Shown: piece after piece, positions 47,471 through 61,064 of the stretch
Position numbering within the stretch: the stretch's first letter is position 1
How the letters are laid out: the number at the start of each line of letters is the position of its first letter
Source of the DNA: Escherichia coli 042
Lineage (GTDB): Bacteria > Pseudomonadota > Gammaproteobacteria > Enterobacterales > Enterobacteriaceae
Assembly (NCBI RefSeq): GCF_000027125.1
Contig: NC_017626.1
Direction: 5' to 3' (one strand)
DNA: 64,000 nucleotides
Notes under the pieces: model-generated
Seen by the model: the letters and a program-made list of their open reading frames with translations, nothing else
Told to the model about the DNA's origin: nothing
Databases searched by the model: none
Made by a program: the position numbers and the translations under genes

Positions 47471-49135
47471 ATGGCAATACAACACCCTGACATCCAGCCT
47501 GCTGTTAACCATAGCGTTCAGGTGGCGATCGCTGGTGCCGGTCCGGTCGGGCTGATGATGGCGAACTATCTCGGCCAGATGGGCATTGACGTGCTGGTGG
47601 TGGAGAAACTCGATAAGTTGATCGACTACCCGCGTGCGATTGGTATTGATGACGAGGCGCTGCGCACCATGCAGTCGGTTGGCCTGGTCGATAATGTTCT
47701 GCCGCACACTACGCCGTGGCACGCGATGCGTTTTCTCACCCCAAAAGGTCGCTGTTTTGCTGATATTCAGCCAATGACCGATGAATTTGGCTGGCCGCGC
47801 CGTAACGCCTTTATTCAGCCTCAGGTCGATGCGGTGATGCTGGAAGGATTGTCGCGTTTTCCGAATGTGCGCTGCCTGTTTTCCCGCGAGCTGGAGGCCT
47901 TCAGCCAGCAAGATGACGAAGTGACCTTGCACCTGAAAACGGCAGAAGGGCAGCGGGAAACGGTCAAAGCCCAGTGGCTGGTGGCCTGTGATGGTGGGGC
48001 AAGTTTTGTCCGTCGCACCCTGAATGTGCCGTTTGAAGGTAAAACTGCGCCAAATCAGTGGATTGTGGTAGATATCGCCAACGATCCGTTAAGTACGCCG
48101 CATATCTATTTGTGTTGTGATCCGGTGCGCCCGTATGTTTCTGCCGCGCTGCCTCATGCGGTACGTCGCTTTGAATTTATGGTGATGCCGGGAGAAACCG
48201 AAGAACAGCTGCGTGAGCCGCAAAATATGCGCAAGCTGTTAAGCAAAGTGCTGCCTAATCCGGACAATGTTGAATTGATTCGCCAGCGTGTCTACACCCA
48301 CAACGCGCGACTGGCGCAACGTTTTCGTATTGATCGCGTACTGCTGGCGGGCGATGCCGCGCACATCATGCCGGTATGGCAGGGGCAGGGCTATAACAGT
48401 GGCATGCGCGACGCCTTTAACCTCGCATGGAAACTGGCGTTGGTTATCCAGGGGAAAGCCCGCGATGCGCTGCTCGATACCTATCAACAAGAACGTCGCG
48501 ATCACGCCAAAGCGATGATTGACCTGTCTGTGACGGCGGGCAACGTGCTGGCTCCGCCGAAACGCTGGCAGGGTACGTTACGTGACGGCGTTTCCTGGCT
48601 GCTGAATTATCTGCCGCCAGTAAAACGCTACTTCCTCGAAATGCGCTTCAAGCCGATGCCGCAATATTACGGCGGTGCACTGGTGCGTGAGGGCGAGGCG
48701 AAGCACTCTCCGGTCGGCAAGATGTTTATTCAACCGAAAGTCACGCTGGAAAACGGCGACGTGACGCTACTCGATAACGCGATCGGCGCGAACTTCGCGG
48801 TAATTGGCTGGGGATGCAATCCACTGTGGGGGATGAGCGACGAGCAAATCCAGCAGTGGCGCGCGTTGGGCACACGCTTTATTCAGGTGGTGCCGGAAGT
48901 GCAAATTCATACCGCACAGGATAACCACGACGGCGTACTACGCGTGGGGGATACGCAAGGTCGCCTGCGTAGCTGGTTCGCGCAACACAATGCTTCGCTG
49001 GTGGTGATGCGCCCGGATCGCTTTGTTGCCGCCACCGCCATTCCGCAAACCCTGGGCAAGACCCTGAATAAACTGGCGTCGGTGATGACGCTGACCCGCC
49101 CTGATGCCGACGTTTCTGTCGAAAAGGTAGCCTGA
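47471..49135 (+). CDS. mhpA: 3-(3-hydroxyphenyl)propionate hydroxylase (FAD monooxygenase)
   Basis: 554-aa ORF with N-terminal FAD motif [18 protein letters not shown]. Confidence 0.92.
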   Translation: MAIQHPDIQPAVNHSVQVAIAGAGPVGLMMANYLGQMGIDVLVVEKLDKLIDYPRAIGIDDEALRTMQSVGLVDNVLPHTTPWHAMRFLTPKGRCFADIQPMTDEFGWPRRNAFIQPQVDAVMLEGLSRFPNVRCLFSRELEAFSQQDDEVTLHLKTAEGQRETVKAQWLVACDGGASFVRRTLNVPFEGKTAPNQWIVVDIANDPLSTPHIYLCCDPVRPYVSAALPHAVRRFEFMVMPGETEEQLREPQNMRKLLSKVLPNPDNVELIRQRVYTHNARLAQRFRIDRVLLAGDAAHIMPVWQGQGYNSGMRDAFNLAWKLALVIQGKARDALLDTYQQERRDHAKAMIDLSVTAGNVLAPPKRWQGTLRDGVSWLLNYLPPVKRYFLEMRFKPMPQYYGGALVREGEAKHSPVGKMFIQPKVTLENGDVTLLDNAIGANFAVIGWGCNPLWGMSDEQIQQWRALGTRFIQVVPEVQIHTAQDNHDGVLRVGDTQGRLRSWFAQHNASLVVMRPDRFVAATAIPQTLGKTLNKLASVMTLTRPDADVSVEKVA

Positions 49136-49136
49136 T

Positions 49137-50081
49137 ATGCACGCTTATCTTCACTGTCTTTCCCACTCGCCGCTGGTGGGATATGTCGACCCGGCGCAAG
49201 AGGTACTCGATGAGGTCAATGGCGTGATTGCCAGCGCCCGCGAGCGTATTGCGGCTTTCTCCCCTGAACTGGTGGTGCTGTTTGCGCCAGATCACTACAA
49301 CGGCTTTTTCTATGACGTGATGCCACCGTTCTGTTTAGGCGTTGGAGCGACGGCAATTGGTGATTTCGGCAGTGCGGCAGGAGAGCTGCCCGTGCCTGTT
49401 GAGCTGGCGGAGGCCTGTGCGCATGCCGTCATGAAGAGCGGAATCGATCTTGCCGTTTCTTACTGTATGCAGGTGGACCACGGGTTCGCCCAGCCGCTGG
49501 AGTTCCTGCTCGGTGGGCTGGATAAGGTGCCGGTTCTGCCTGTGTTCATCAACGGTGTCGCCACGCCATTGCCCGGTTTCCAGCGTACCCGCATGTTGGG
49601 GGAAGCCATTGGACGTTTCACCAGCACTCTCAATAAACGCGTGCTGTTCCTTGGGTCCGGTGGGCTTTCCCATCAGCCACCGGTACCAGAACTGGCGAAA
49701 GCCGATGCCCATATGCGCGACCGTCTGTTGGGGAGCGGGAAAGATTTACCCGCCAGTGAGCGCGAATTGCGTCAGCAGCGGGTGATTAGCGCCGCTGAGA
49801 AGTTTGTTGAGGATCAGAGAACGCTGCATCCCCTCAACCCGATTTGGGATAACCAGTTCATGACTTTGCTGGAGCAGGGACGCATACAGGAACTGGATGC
49901 CGTCAGTAACGAAGAGCTTTCCGCCATTGCCGGAAAGTCGACACATGAAATCAAAACCTGGGTCGCCGCTTTTGCCGCTATTTCTGCGTTTGGCAACTGG
50001 CGTAGCGAAGGGCGTTATTACCGCCCAATCCCGGAGTGGATTGCCGGATTTGGCTCGTTAAGCGCCAGAACAGAGAACTGA
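49137..50081 (+). CDS. mhpB: 3-(2,3-dihydroxyphenyl)propionate extradiol dioxygenase
   Basis: 314-aa ORF starting 2 bp after the mhpA stop. Confidence 0.92.
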
Positions 50082-50098
50082 ATATGCAGGAGAAGATG

Positions 50099-50965
50099 AT
50101 GAGTTATCAGCCACAAACCGAAGCCGCCACCAGCCGTTTTCTGAATGTAGAAGAAGCGGGTAAAACGCTGCGCATCCATTTTAATGACTGCGGACAAGGC
50201 GACGAAACTGTTGTCCTGCTGCATGGTTCCGGCCCGGGTGCTACTGGCTGGGCGAACTTCAGCCGCAATATCGATCCGCTGGTAGAGGCGGGCTATCGGG
50301 TGATCCTGCTGGATTGTCCGGGTTGGGGTAAGAGCGATTCGATCGTTAATAGTGGTTCGCGATCGGATCTTAATGCGCGAATCCTGAAAAGCGTGGTGGA
50401 TCAACTGGATATCGCCAAAATCCACCTGCTGGGCAACTCGATGGGCGGCCACAGTTCTGTGGCGTTCACTCTTAACTGGCCGGAGCGCGTCGGCAAACTG
50501 GTGCTGATGGGCGGCGGTACGGGCGGCATGAGTTTGTTTACGCCGATGCCAACCGAAGGTATTAAGCGACTGAATCAGCTTTATCGTCAGCCGACTATCG
50601 AAAACCTGAAGCTGATGATGGATATCTTCGTTTTTGATACCAGCGATTTGACCGACGCCCTGTTTGAAGCGCGCCTGAATAATATGCTGTCGCGCCGCGA
50701 TCACCTGGAAAACTTCGTTAAGAGCCTGGAAGCCAATCCGAAACAGTTCCCGGATTTTGGCCCACGTCTGGCGGAAATCAAAGCGCAAACCCTGATTGTC
50801 TGGGGGCGCAACGACCGCTTTGTGCCGATGGATGCGGGTCTGCGTCTGCTGTCCGGCATTGCCGGTTCTGAACTGCATATCTTCCGCGACTGTGGTCACT
50901 GGGCGCAGTGGGAACATGCCGACGCTTTCAATCAACTGGTGCTGAATTTCCTCGCACGCCCTTAA
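50099..50965 (+). CDS. mhpC: 2-hydroxy-6-ketonona-2,4-dienedioate hydrolase (alpha/beta hydrolase)
   Basis: ORF 50036..50965; start set at ATG 50099 ([22 protein letters not shown], 288 aa); GNSMGG nucleophile elbow. Confidence 0.9.
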
Positions 50966-52727
<1,762 letters not shown>

Positions 52728-52731
<4 letters not shown>

Positions 52732-53741
52732 ACGGTAAAAAACTATATATCTCGGACGTCACGTTGCGTGACGGTATGCACGCCATTCGTCATCAGTATT
52801 CGCTGGAAAACGTTCGCCAGATTGCCAAAGCACTGGACGATGCCCGCGTGGATTCGATTGAAGTGGCCCACGGCGACGGTTTGCAGGGGTCCAGCTTTAA
52901 CTATGGTTTCGGCGCACATAGCGACCTTGAATGGATTGAAGCAGCGGCGGATGTGGTGAAGCACGCCAAAATCGCGACGTTGTTGCTGCCAGGAATCGGC
53001 ACTATTCACGATTTGAAAAATGCCTGGCAGGCTGGCGCGCGGGTGGTTCGTGTGGCAACGCACTGTACCGAAGCTGATGTTTCCGCCCAGCATATTCAGT
53101 ATGCCCGCGAGCTCGGAATGGACACCGTTGGTTTTCTGATGATGAGCCATATGACCACGCCAGAGAATCTCGCAAAGCAGGCAAAGCTGATGGAAGGCTA
53201 CGGTGCGACCTGTATTTATGTGGTGGATTCTGGCGGTGCGATGAACATGAGCGATATCCGTGACCGTTTCCGCGCCCTGAAAGCAGTGCTGAAACCAGAA
53301 ACGCAAACCGGCATGCACGCTCACCATAACCTGAGTCTTGGCGTGGCGAACTCTATCGCGGCGGTGGAAGAGGGCTGTGACCGAATCGACGCCAGTCTCG
53401 CAGGAATGGGCGCGGGCGCAGGTAACGCGCCGCTGGAAGTGTTTATTGCCGCCGCGGATAAACTGGGCTGGCAGCATGGGACCGATCTCTATGCGTTAAT
53501 GGATGCCGCTGACGACCTGGTGCGTCCGTTGCAGGATCGTCCGGTACGAGTCGATCGCGAAACGCTGGCGCTGGGATACGCTGGTGTTTACTCCAGCTTC
53601 CTGCGTCACTGTGAAACGGCGGCGGCGCGTTATGGCTTAAGCGCGGTGGATATTCTCGTTGAGCTGGGCAAACGCCGGATGGTTGGCGGCCAGGAGGATA
53701 TGATCGTTGACGTGGCGCTGGATCTGCGCAACAACAAATAA
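52728..53741 (+). CDS. mhpE: 4-hydroxy-2-oxovalerate aldolase
   Basis: 337-aa ORF; 4-bp overlap with mhpF. Confidence 0.92.
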
Positions 53742-53788
53742 TATTGACTGCCGAGAACGTGCATTTTGTATGCCCATCCCAGCACGAC

Positions 53789-53940
53789 TGCCGGATGCGG
53801 CGTGAACGCCTTATCCGGCCTACGGATGGCGCGAGAATTTGTAGGCCAGATAAGACGCGTTAGCGTCGCATCAGGCATCTGAGCACGACTGCCGGATGCG
53901 GCGTAAACGTCTTGTTCGGCCTACATTTCGCCTGTAGGCA
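53789..53940. repeat. BIME: three to four REP palindromes
   Basis: tgccggatgcggcgtgaacgccttatccggcctacg, gtaggccagataagacgcgttagcgtcgcatcaggca and a degenerate third copy. Confidence 0.88.
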
Positions 53941-54017
53941 GTCATTAAATGGTTCTGATTACGCGGCTGACAATGTATCAGCCGCGATTCACCTGCACTC
54001 GCAACGAGGTTCATCTT

Positions 54018-55229
54018 ATGTCGACTCGTACCCCTTCATCATCTTCATCCCGCCTGATGCTGACCATCGGGCTTTGTTTTTTGGTCGCTCTGATGGAAGG
54101 GCTGGATCTTCAGGCGGCTGGCATTGCGGCGGGTGGCATCGCCCAGGCTTTCGCACTCGATAAAATGCAAATGGGCTGGATATTCAGCGCCGGAATACTC
54201 GGTTTGCTACCCGGCGCGCTGGTTGGCGGAATGCTGGCGGACCGTTATGGTCGTAAGCGTATTTTAATTAGCTCAGTTGCGCTGTTTGGTTTGTTCTCAC
54301 TGGCAACGGCGATTGCCTGGGATTTCCCCTCACTGGTCTTTGCGCGGCTGATGACCGGTGTCGGGCTGGGGGCGGCGTTGCCGAATCTTATCGCCCTGAC
54401 GTCTGAAGCCGCGGGTCCACGTTTTCGTGGGACGGCAGTGAGCCTGATGTATTGCGGTGTTCCCATTGGCGCGGCGCTGGCGGCGACACTGGGTTTCGCG
54501 GGGGCAAACTTAGCATGGCAAACGGTGTTTTGGGTCGGTGGTGTGGTGCCGTTGATTCTGGTGCCGCTATTAATGCGTTGGCTGCCGGAGTCGGCGGTGT
54601 TCGCTGGCGAAAAACAGGCTGCGCCACCACTGCGTGCCTTATTTGCGCCAGAAACGGCCACCGCGACGCTGCTGCTGTGGTTGTGTTATTTCTTCACTCT
54701 GCTGGTGGTCTACATGTTGATCAACTGGCTACCGCTGCTTTTGGTGGAGCAAGGATTCCAGCCATCGCAGGCGGCAGGGGTGATGTTTGCACTGCAAATG
54801 GGGGCGGCAAGCGGGACGTTAATGTTGGGCGCATTGATGGATAAGCTGCGTCCAGTAACCATGTCGCTACTGATTTATAGCGGCATGTTAGCTTCGCTGC
54901 TGGCGCTGGGAACGGTGTCGTCATTTAACGGTATGTTGCTGGCGGGATTCGTCGCGGGGTTGTTTGCGACAGGTGGGCAAAGCGTTTTGTATGCCCTGGC
55001 ACCGTTGTTTTACAGTTCGCAGATCCGCGCAACAGGTGTGGGAACAGCCGTGGCGGTAGGGCGTCTGGGGGCTATGAGCGGTCCGTTACTGGCCGGGAAA
55101 ATGCTGGCATTAGGTACTGGCACGGTTGGCGTAATGGCCGCTTCAGCGCCGGGTATTCTTGTTGCTGGCCTGGCAGTGTTTATTTTGATGAGCCGGAGAT
55201 CACGAATGCAGCCGTGTGCCGATGCCTGA
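54018..55229 (+). CDS. mhpT: MFS 3-hydroxyphenylpropionate transporter
   Basis: ORF 53949..55229; start set at ATG 54018 (MSTRTPSSSSSRLMLTIGLCF, 403 aa). Confidence 0.9.
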   Translation: MSTRTPSSSSSRLMLTIGLCFLVALMEGLDLQAAGIAAGGIAQAFALDKMQMGWIFSAGILGLLPGALVGGMLADRYGRKRILISSVALFGLFSLATAIAWDFPSLVFARLMTGVGLGAALPNLIALTSEAAGPRFRGTAVSLMYCGVPIGAALAATLGFAGANLAWQTVFWVGGVVPLILVPLLMRWLPESAVFAGEKQAAPPLRALFAPETATATLLLWLCYFFTLLVVYMLINWLPLLLVEQGFQPSQAAGVMFALQMGAASGTLMLGALMDKLRPVTMSLLIYSGMLASLLALGTVSSFNGMLLAGFVAGLFATGGQSVLYALAPLFYSSQIRATGVGTAVAVGRLGAMSGPLLAGKMLALGTGTVGVMAASAPGILVAGLAVFILMSRRSRMQPCADA

Positions 55230-55330
55230 CGCGCCTTATTAAGTAGGGGCGAAAGGGACTTGCCCCCAATACACCTACGGCGTTTACAGGTATACTCGCT
55301 AAAAATTATTCAGCGGGTTTGGAAACAAAG

Positions 55331-55870
55331 ATGGCAAAACTTACCTTACAAGAGCAGTTGCTCAAAGCAGGATTAGTCACCAGCAAAAAAGCGGCGAAGG
55401 TCGAGAGAACGGCGAAAAAATCGCGCGTTCAGGCGCGTGAAGCTCGGGCGGCGGTAGAAGAAAATAAAAAGGCACAGCTTGAACGTGATAAACAGCTTAG
55501 CGAGCAGCAAAAACAAGCGGCGTTGGCGAAAGAATATAAAGCTCAGGTGAAGCAGCTCATTGAAATGAACCGAATCACCATTGCTAATGGCGATATTGGT
55601 TTTAACTTCACTGACGGTAATCTGATTAAGAAAATCTTTGTCGATAAGCTCACGCAAGCGCAGTTGATTAATGGTCGTCTGGCGATTGCCCGCTTGTTGG
55701 TCGATAACAATAGCGAAGGTGAATACGCAATTATTCCCGCCAGCGTTGCCGATAAAATTGCTCAGCGTGATGCCAGCAGTATTGTGTTGCACAGCGCGCT
55801 CAGTGCCGAAGAGCAGGATGAAGACGATCCGTATGCCGACTTCAAAGTGCCTGATGATTTGATGTGGTAA
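55331..55870 (+). CDS. yaiL: DUF2058-family protein
   Basis: ORF 55319..55870; start set at ATG 55331 (MAKLTLQEQLLKAGLV, 179 aa); Lys/Glu-rich. Confidence 0.85.
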   Translation: MAKLTLQEQLLKAGLVTSKKAAKVERTAKKSRVQAREARAAVEENKKAQLERDKQLSEQQKQAALAKEYKAQVKQLIEMNRITIANGDIGFNFTDGNLIKKIFVDKLTQAQLINGRLAIARLLVDNNSEGEYAIIPASVADKIAQRDASSIVLHSALSAEEQDEDDPYADFKVPDDLMW

Positions 55871-55890
55871 ACATAGATAAGTCGTGCGCA

Positions 55891-55980
55891 GATGCCTGAT
55901 GCGACGCTATGCGCGTCTTATCATGCCTACGGCCTGCGGGCGAAATGTAGGCGGATAAGGCGTTCACGCCGCATCCGGCA
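55891..55980. repeat. BIME: two REP palindromes
   Basis: gatgcctgatgcgacgctatgcgcgtcttatcatgcctacgg and gtaggcggataaggcgttcacgccgcatccggca. Confidence 0.88.
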
Positions 55981-55994
55981 GTCGTGCACTATTA

Positions 55995-56828
55995 TTAACG
56001 CATATTCAGTTTATTGGCGTGGTAGGCAATATGCTCGCCAATAAAACTGGAGACAAAATAATAGCTGTGATCATAACCCTCGTGATAACGGATTAACGTC
56101 TTGATATTCATCTCCTGGCAGATCTTTTCAAGATTTGGAGTCCGCAGCTGTTCTGCGTAAAAATCATCACTCAACCCCTGATCAACCATTATTTCCGCAA
56201 CGCGTTGACCTTGTGAAATAAGGCTCACCGGATCGTAATCCAAGCACGCCTCTTTATTTTCACCAAGATATGCGGTAAAGGCTTGCTGTCCCCACGGTAC
56301 TTGCGATGGGGAGACAATGGGCGAAAACGCCGAGACGCTGACATATTCATCTGGGTTACGTAACGCCAGCACCAGTGCGCCCAGCCCGCCCATAGAATGA
56401 CCTGAGATAGACTTTCTGGCCGTTGCCGGAAAATGTTGCATCACTAAATCCGGCAGCTCGTTGTGGATATAATCATACATTTTGTAATGTTCATTCCACG
56501 GCGCTTGCGTTGCGTTCAGGTAAAACCCGGCACCTTGCCCGAGATCGTAACGGTCGGCATCTGCGACATGACTGCCTCGCGGACTGGTGTCTGGCGCAAC
56601 AACAATAATGTTGTGCTCAGCCGCGTAACGTTGCATCCCCGATTTAGTAATGAAATTCTGCTCGTTGCAAGTCAGCCCTGAAAGCCAGTACAACACCGGC
56701 AATTTTTCACTTGCGGCTTTTGGTGGGAGATAGACGCCGACATTCATTTCACATTTCAGTGATGGGGAATAATGCCGATACACATTTTGCCAGCCGCCAA
56801 AGCTGGCATGTTTTTCAATGAGTTCCAT
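55995..56828 (-). CDS. frmB: S-formylglutathione hydrolase
   Basis: 277-aa ORF, esterase-D family with GHSMGG nucleophile motif. Confidence 0.92.
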   Translation of the reverse strand: MELIEKHASFGGWQNVYRHYSPSLKCEMNVGVYLPPKAASEKLPVLYWLSGLTCNEQNFITKSGMQRYAAEHNIIVVAPDTSPRGSHVADADRYDLGQGAGFYLNATQAPWNEHYKMYDYIHNELPDLVMQHFPATARKSISGHSMGGLGALVLALRNPDEYVSVSAFSPIVSPSQVPWGQQAFTAYLGENKEACLDYDPVSLISQGQRVAEIMVDQGLSDDFYAEQLRTPNLEKICQEMNIKTLIRYHEGYDHSYYFVSSFIGEHIAYHANKLNMR

Positions 56829-56919
56829 CAGTCATTATCTCACGGTTAATCCCCCGGACGGCTGCCCGGGGAGAGTATTAAGAACCCCGTCTGAACTGGA
56901 CGGGTAAACCTGCGGGAAA

Positions 56920-58059
<1,140 letters not shown>

Positions 58060-58063
58060 TCAG

Positions 58064-58339
58064 CTATTTAAGATAGGCACGAACCAGTTCAATAGTGTCG
58101 TCAACGGATTGGCTGACTTCGCGGCTGTAGCAGTCATTTCGGTCAAACGTTTCCCGGATATGGCTTTCAAGCACTTCTGCCATCAGCCCGTTAGCCGCGC
58201 CCCGAACGGCAGCGATCTGTTGGAGTATGGCACGGCATTCGGCATCACCCTCCAGCGACCGTTCCAGAGCATCAATCTGCCCCCGAATACGACGAACTCG
58301 AGTAAGGACCTTTTTCTTCTCTTCCGGAGTACTGGGCAT
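58064..58339 (-). CDS. frmR: formaldehyde-responsive repressor (CsoR/RcnR family)
   Basis: ORF 58064..58360 begins at GTG; start set at ATG 58339 ([21 protein letters not shown], 91 aa). Confidence 0.9.
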
Positions 58340-58363
58340 TTCGCACCTCATCATCTGCACGCA

Positions 58364-58416
58364 ATATACTATAGGGGGGTATGCTATATGTCAATGCATA
58401 CCCCCCTATAGTATAT
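58364..58416. promoter_or_regulatory. perfect 21-bp inverted repeat in the frmRAB promoter, candidate FrmR operator
   Basis: atatactataggggggtatgc - 11 bp spacer - gcatacccccctatagtatat, 25 to 77 bp upstream of the frmR start. Confidence 0.7.
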
Positions 58417-58454
58417 AACACTGGAGAATAAAATTTATCCGGTGAATGTGGTCG

Positions 58455-58502
58455 GAAAACAAAGAGGAAAGGGGGGGGCTAATCGGCAGGGAAGGCCCCC
58501 CC
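58455..58502 (-). terminator. rho-independent terminator of yaiO
   Basis: on the reverse strand a G7 / C8 stem (ccggggggg...cccccccc) is followed by tttcctctttgtttt; 23 bp downstream of the yaiO stop. Confidence 0.6.
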
Positions 58503-58524
58503 GGATAGCGGGCGGCAGAAGGAA

Positions 58525-59298
58525 TCAGAATTTCCAGGTCAGATGGGCTGCAAGTTGCAGACCGTTATAATCATCGGTTGGGGTGTCGTACCACACTTTA
58601 CCTGCCGTCAGCCCGAGATTAAGTTGCTCAGTCAGCGGTTGAATACGTTGCAGACTGACGCTCTTCATGCTGCCGTAGCGTGTTTCTGGCGTCCAGTCAT
58701 AGGTGTAAGCACCTGTTCCGCGGCTTAGCCATAGTTGCGTATAACCAGTGCCGCGCGGGTCATTCAGACGCACGGAAATCATATTGCTGTAACTACCACC
58801 TGCATCGCTGGAGTCATAATGGGTATAGCGATAGCTGGTGATCACCGGGCCAGTATAGAGGGATACGCCGCCTTGCCAGGCATCGACTTCGACATCATCG
58901 TAATATTTAGTGTAGCGATAACCGGTCGTGAAAAGCGTTTTTGGCAACAGTGCCAGGTTAATATCCTGACGAAAATCCTGGCGGGCAAAGACCGGCGTAT
59001 TATCCGCAAAGGCAATACCCGTTCGGGTTGTCAGCCAGTTATTCCATTTATACCAGACCGCACCCTGACCGCGAGTGGCATTGAAATGTTCAGTTTCATA
59101 ATCACGACGCCCCTGGGAAAGATTAAAAAGCAGCGTTGCGTTTTCAACTTTCGCCACCAGTTCAGCATACGCTAAATTACGGTTGCCATGATCGCCAGAA
59201 TAATCGGTAAAATCGTAGCCCGCGGTAATGGAAGTTAACCCGGCATAAGCGGGCAATGTGCTAAAAATTGCTGCCGCTAATAACGTCCGTTTTATCAT
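58525..59298 (-). CDS. yaiO: outer-membrane beta-barrel protein
   Basis: 257-aa ORF with signal peptide MIKRTLLAAAIFSTLPAYA and C-terminal ...HLTWKF. Confidence 0.88.
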   Translation of the reverse strand: MIKRTLLAAAIFSTLPAYAGLTSITAGYDFTDYSGDHGNRNLAYAELVAKVENATLLFNLSQGRRDYETEHFNATRGQGAVWYKWNNWLTTRTGIAFADNTPVFARQDFRQDINLALLPKTLFTTGYRYTKYYDDVEVDAWQGGVSLYTGPVITSYRYTHYDSSDAGGSYSNMISVRLNDPRGTGYTQLWLSRGTGAYTYDWTPETRYGSMKSVSLQRIQPLTEQLNLGLTAGKVWYDTPTDDYNGLQLAAHLTWKF

Positions 59299-59299
59299 T

Positions 59300-60010
59300 T
59301 TAATCTCCTGTACGGATAAGTTCTTGTCGGAGTGAATAAGTTCCGGTAGGTAAATTACGTTCTACAATCACGCGCGGGCCAAGTTGCGTGTTCGGGGAAA
59401 TAATTCGCCCAGGCAAAATAATAACTTGTACACCAAGGCGTGAACGCTGCCCGATATAACAACCTAATTTATCGCATTCGGTAGCGATAATTCCCTCTGG
59501 AGTTCGAACAGATACGGGCTGTTGATCCAGACGATGATTACTGGTACGTACTTGTGCGCCCAAATATGTCTGGTTTGCAACTACCGAGTCGGCGATAAAG
59601 CATTGCGGACCAATCGTTGCTTCCGCTTCAATAACCGCATTTTTAATTTCGGTGGCAAAACCAATTTTTACGCCATTGCTGATTATTGTGCCAGGACGAA
59701 TAAACGCATAATTACCTATCAGGCAGTTTGCGCCAATCACTACCGGACCCTGAATAACGGCACCGTGACAAATACGGGTATTCGCGCCGATAACAACTTC
59801 ACCTGCAGTTTCATCAATAATTACCTGGTCTGCAATCTGAATATTTTTCTCTTTAACATTAAGCTTCAGAAAGTTTTTCAGTTCCTGTGACAGAAGGTTG
59901 GGAATAAGCGGTTGACGCTTCCACCAGTGCGGAATAGCGGGTGGGTTTGTCGCGCTGAGGTTCGCGTCCAGTAAAAAAGGCAATAAGTCCATAAATAATC
60001 CAGATGGCAT
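59300..60010 (-). CDS. yaiX: hexapeptide-repeat (LbH) acyltransferase, uninterrupted; start codon uncertain
   Basis: 236-aa ORF with repeated [LIV]G-x-x-x-x-I hexapeptide motifs; the N-terminal ~50 codons overlap the yaiP 3' end in another frame; stop lies 1 bp from the yaiO start. Confidence 0.65.
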   Translation of the reverse strand: MPSGLFMDLLPFLLDANLSATNPPAIPHWWKRQPLIPNLLSQELKNFLKLNVKEKNIQIADQVIIDETAGEVVIGANTRICHGAVIQGPVVIGANCLIGNYAFIRPGTIISNGVKIGFATEIKNAVIEAEATIGPQCFIADSVVANQTYLGAQVRTSNHRLDQQPVSVRTPEGIIATECDKLGCYIGQRSRLGVQVIILPGRIISPNTQLGPRVIVERNLPTGTYSLRQELIRTGD

Positions 60011-61055
60011 AAGCTAATAATACATACACAACGGAAAGCGGTGCTAAAGGCACCAACAACCAGCAACGATGAAACCAGGCGCTAAAAGCACCAATAACAC
60101 AAACTACGCCGACCCAGATAAGCGGAAACATTGCCAACACCACACCATGCGGCCCGGTGGTAATGAATTCATTAAACCAGGTAGTGAGATAAATCCCAAC
60201 GCCATAAAGCACAACCAACAGCATAGGAAATATACTGAAGATACCGAAGCGGCTAAATAAAAGTCTTTTATGCAGGCGCATACAGACCGCGTAGCCCACA
60301 ATCCAACGCCGCCAGCGACGCCACTCCTCACGCGGGCTGTTGCATTCCTGTGGGTATACGATGCAGCGATTCGCCTGCCGAATACGGTAGCCGTTTGCCA
60401 CCAATGTCCAGGTGAGATCAAGGTCTTCGACTTTAGTACGATCCGAGAAACCGAACTTACGCAATACATCAGTACGGAACATCCCGCAGGCACCGCTGAT
60501 AATAAACGGTGCGCCGCCCACGAGCTGCTGTAGCGTGCGCTTCATAACAATCATCGGCAACTTTACGGTCGCGCGGATGTGTGGTAACAGACCCGCGCCT
60601 TTCAACGCAGTAGAGGGAATGCCGCCTACGGCATCGGCACCGCGCTCAATTTCTGCCAGCATATAGCCCATTCCGTCTTGATCGGGCGGAACATAGGTGT
60701 CGGCATCACTTAAAAAAACCTGGTCGCAGGTGGCGTAATTGAGGCCATTCATCAGCGCACCACCTTTACCGGTATTTTTTTGCGTGACGGCAACAAAGCG
60801 GTCGCCCCATTTGCGTTTGACTTCCTCCATGACCGATTCGGTATTGTCCGTGGAGCCGTCGTTTACGCAAATTACCCGGCAAAAATAAGGGTTACGCAGC
60901 AGATTATCCAGTGACTGTGCCAGACACGGGCCTTCGTTATAAGCAGGTATAATGGCGTCAATACAGCCTTTCTTTTGACTGGGTTTACGTTTTAGCGTAC
61001 TTAAAAACCATAGCAACATTGCTATGGACATACAGATAAATATCCAGGTTTTCAT
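59859..61055 (-). CDS. yaiP: family-2 glycosyltransferase with C-terminal transmembrane region
   Basis: 398-aa ORF; GT-A features (IIPAYNE, DGSTDNT, DAD, VEDLDLTW, ...REEWRRW) followed by several hydrophobic helices. Confidence 0.85.
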   Translation of the reverse strand: MKTWIFICMSIAMLLWFLSTLKRKPSQKKGCIDAIIPAYNEGPCLAQSLDNLLRNPYFCRVICVNDGSTDNTESVMEEVKRKWGDRFVAVTQKNTGKGGALMNGLNYATCDQVFLSDADTYVPPDQDGMGYMLAEIERGADAVGGIPSTALKGAGLLPHIRATVKLPMIVMKRTLQQLVGGAPFIISGACGMFRTDVLRKFGFSDRTKVEDLDLTWTLVANGYRIRQANRCIVYPQECNSPREEWRRWRRWIVGYAVCMRLHKRLLFSRFGIFSIFPMLLVVLYGVGIYLTTWFNEFITTGPHGVVLAMFPLIWVGVVCVIGAFSAWFHRCWLLVPLAPLSVVYVLLAYAIWIIYGLIAFFTGREPQRDKPTRYSALVEASTAYSQPSVTGTEKLSEA

Positions 61056-61064
61056 GCAATTTGC

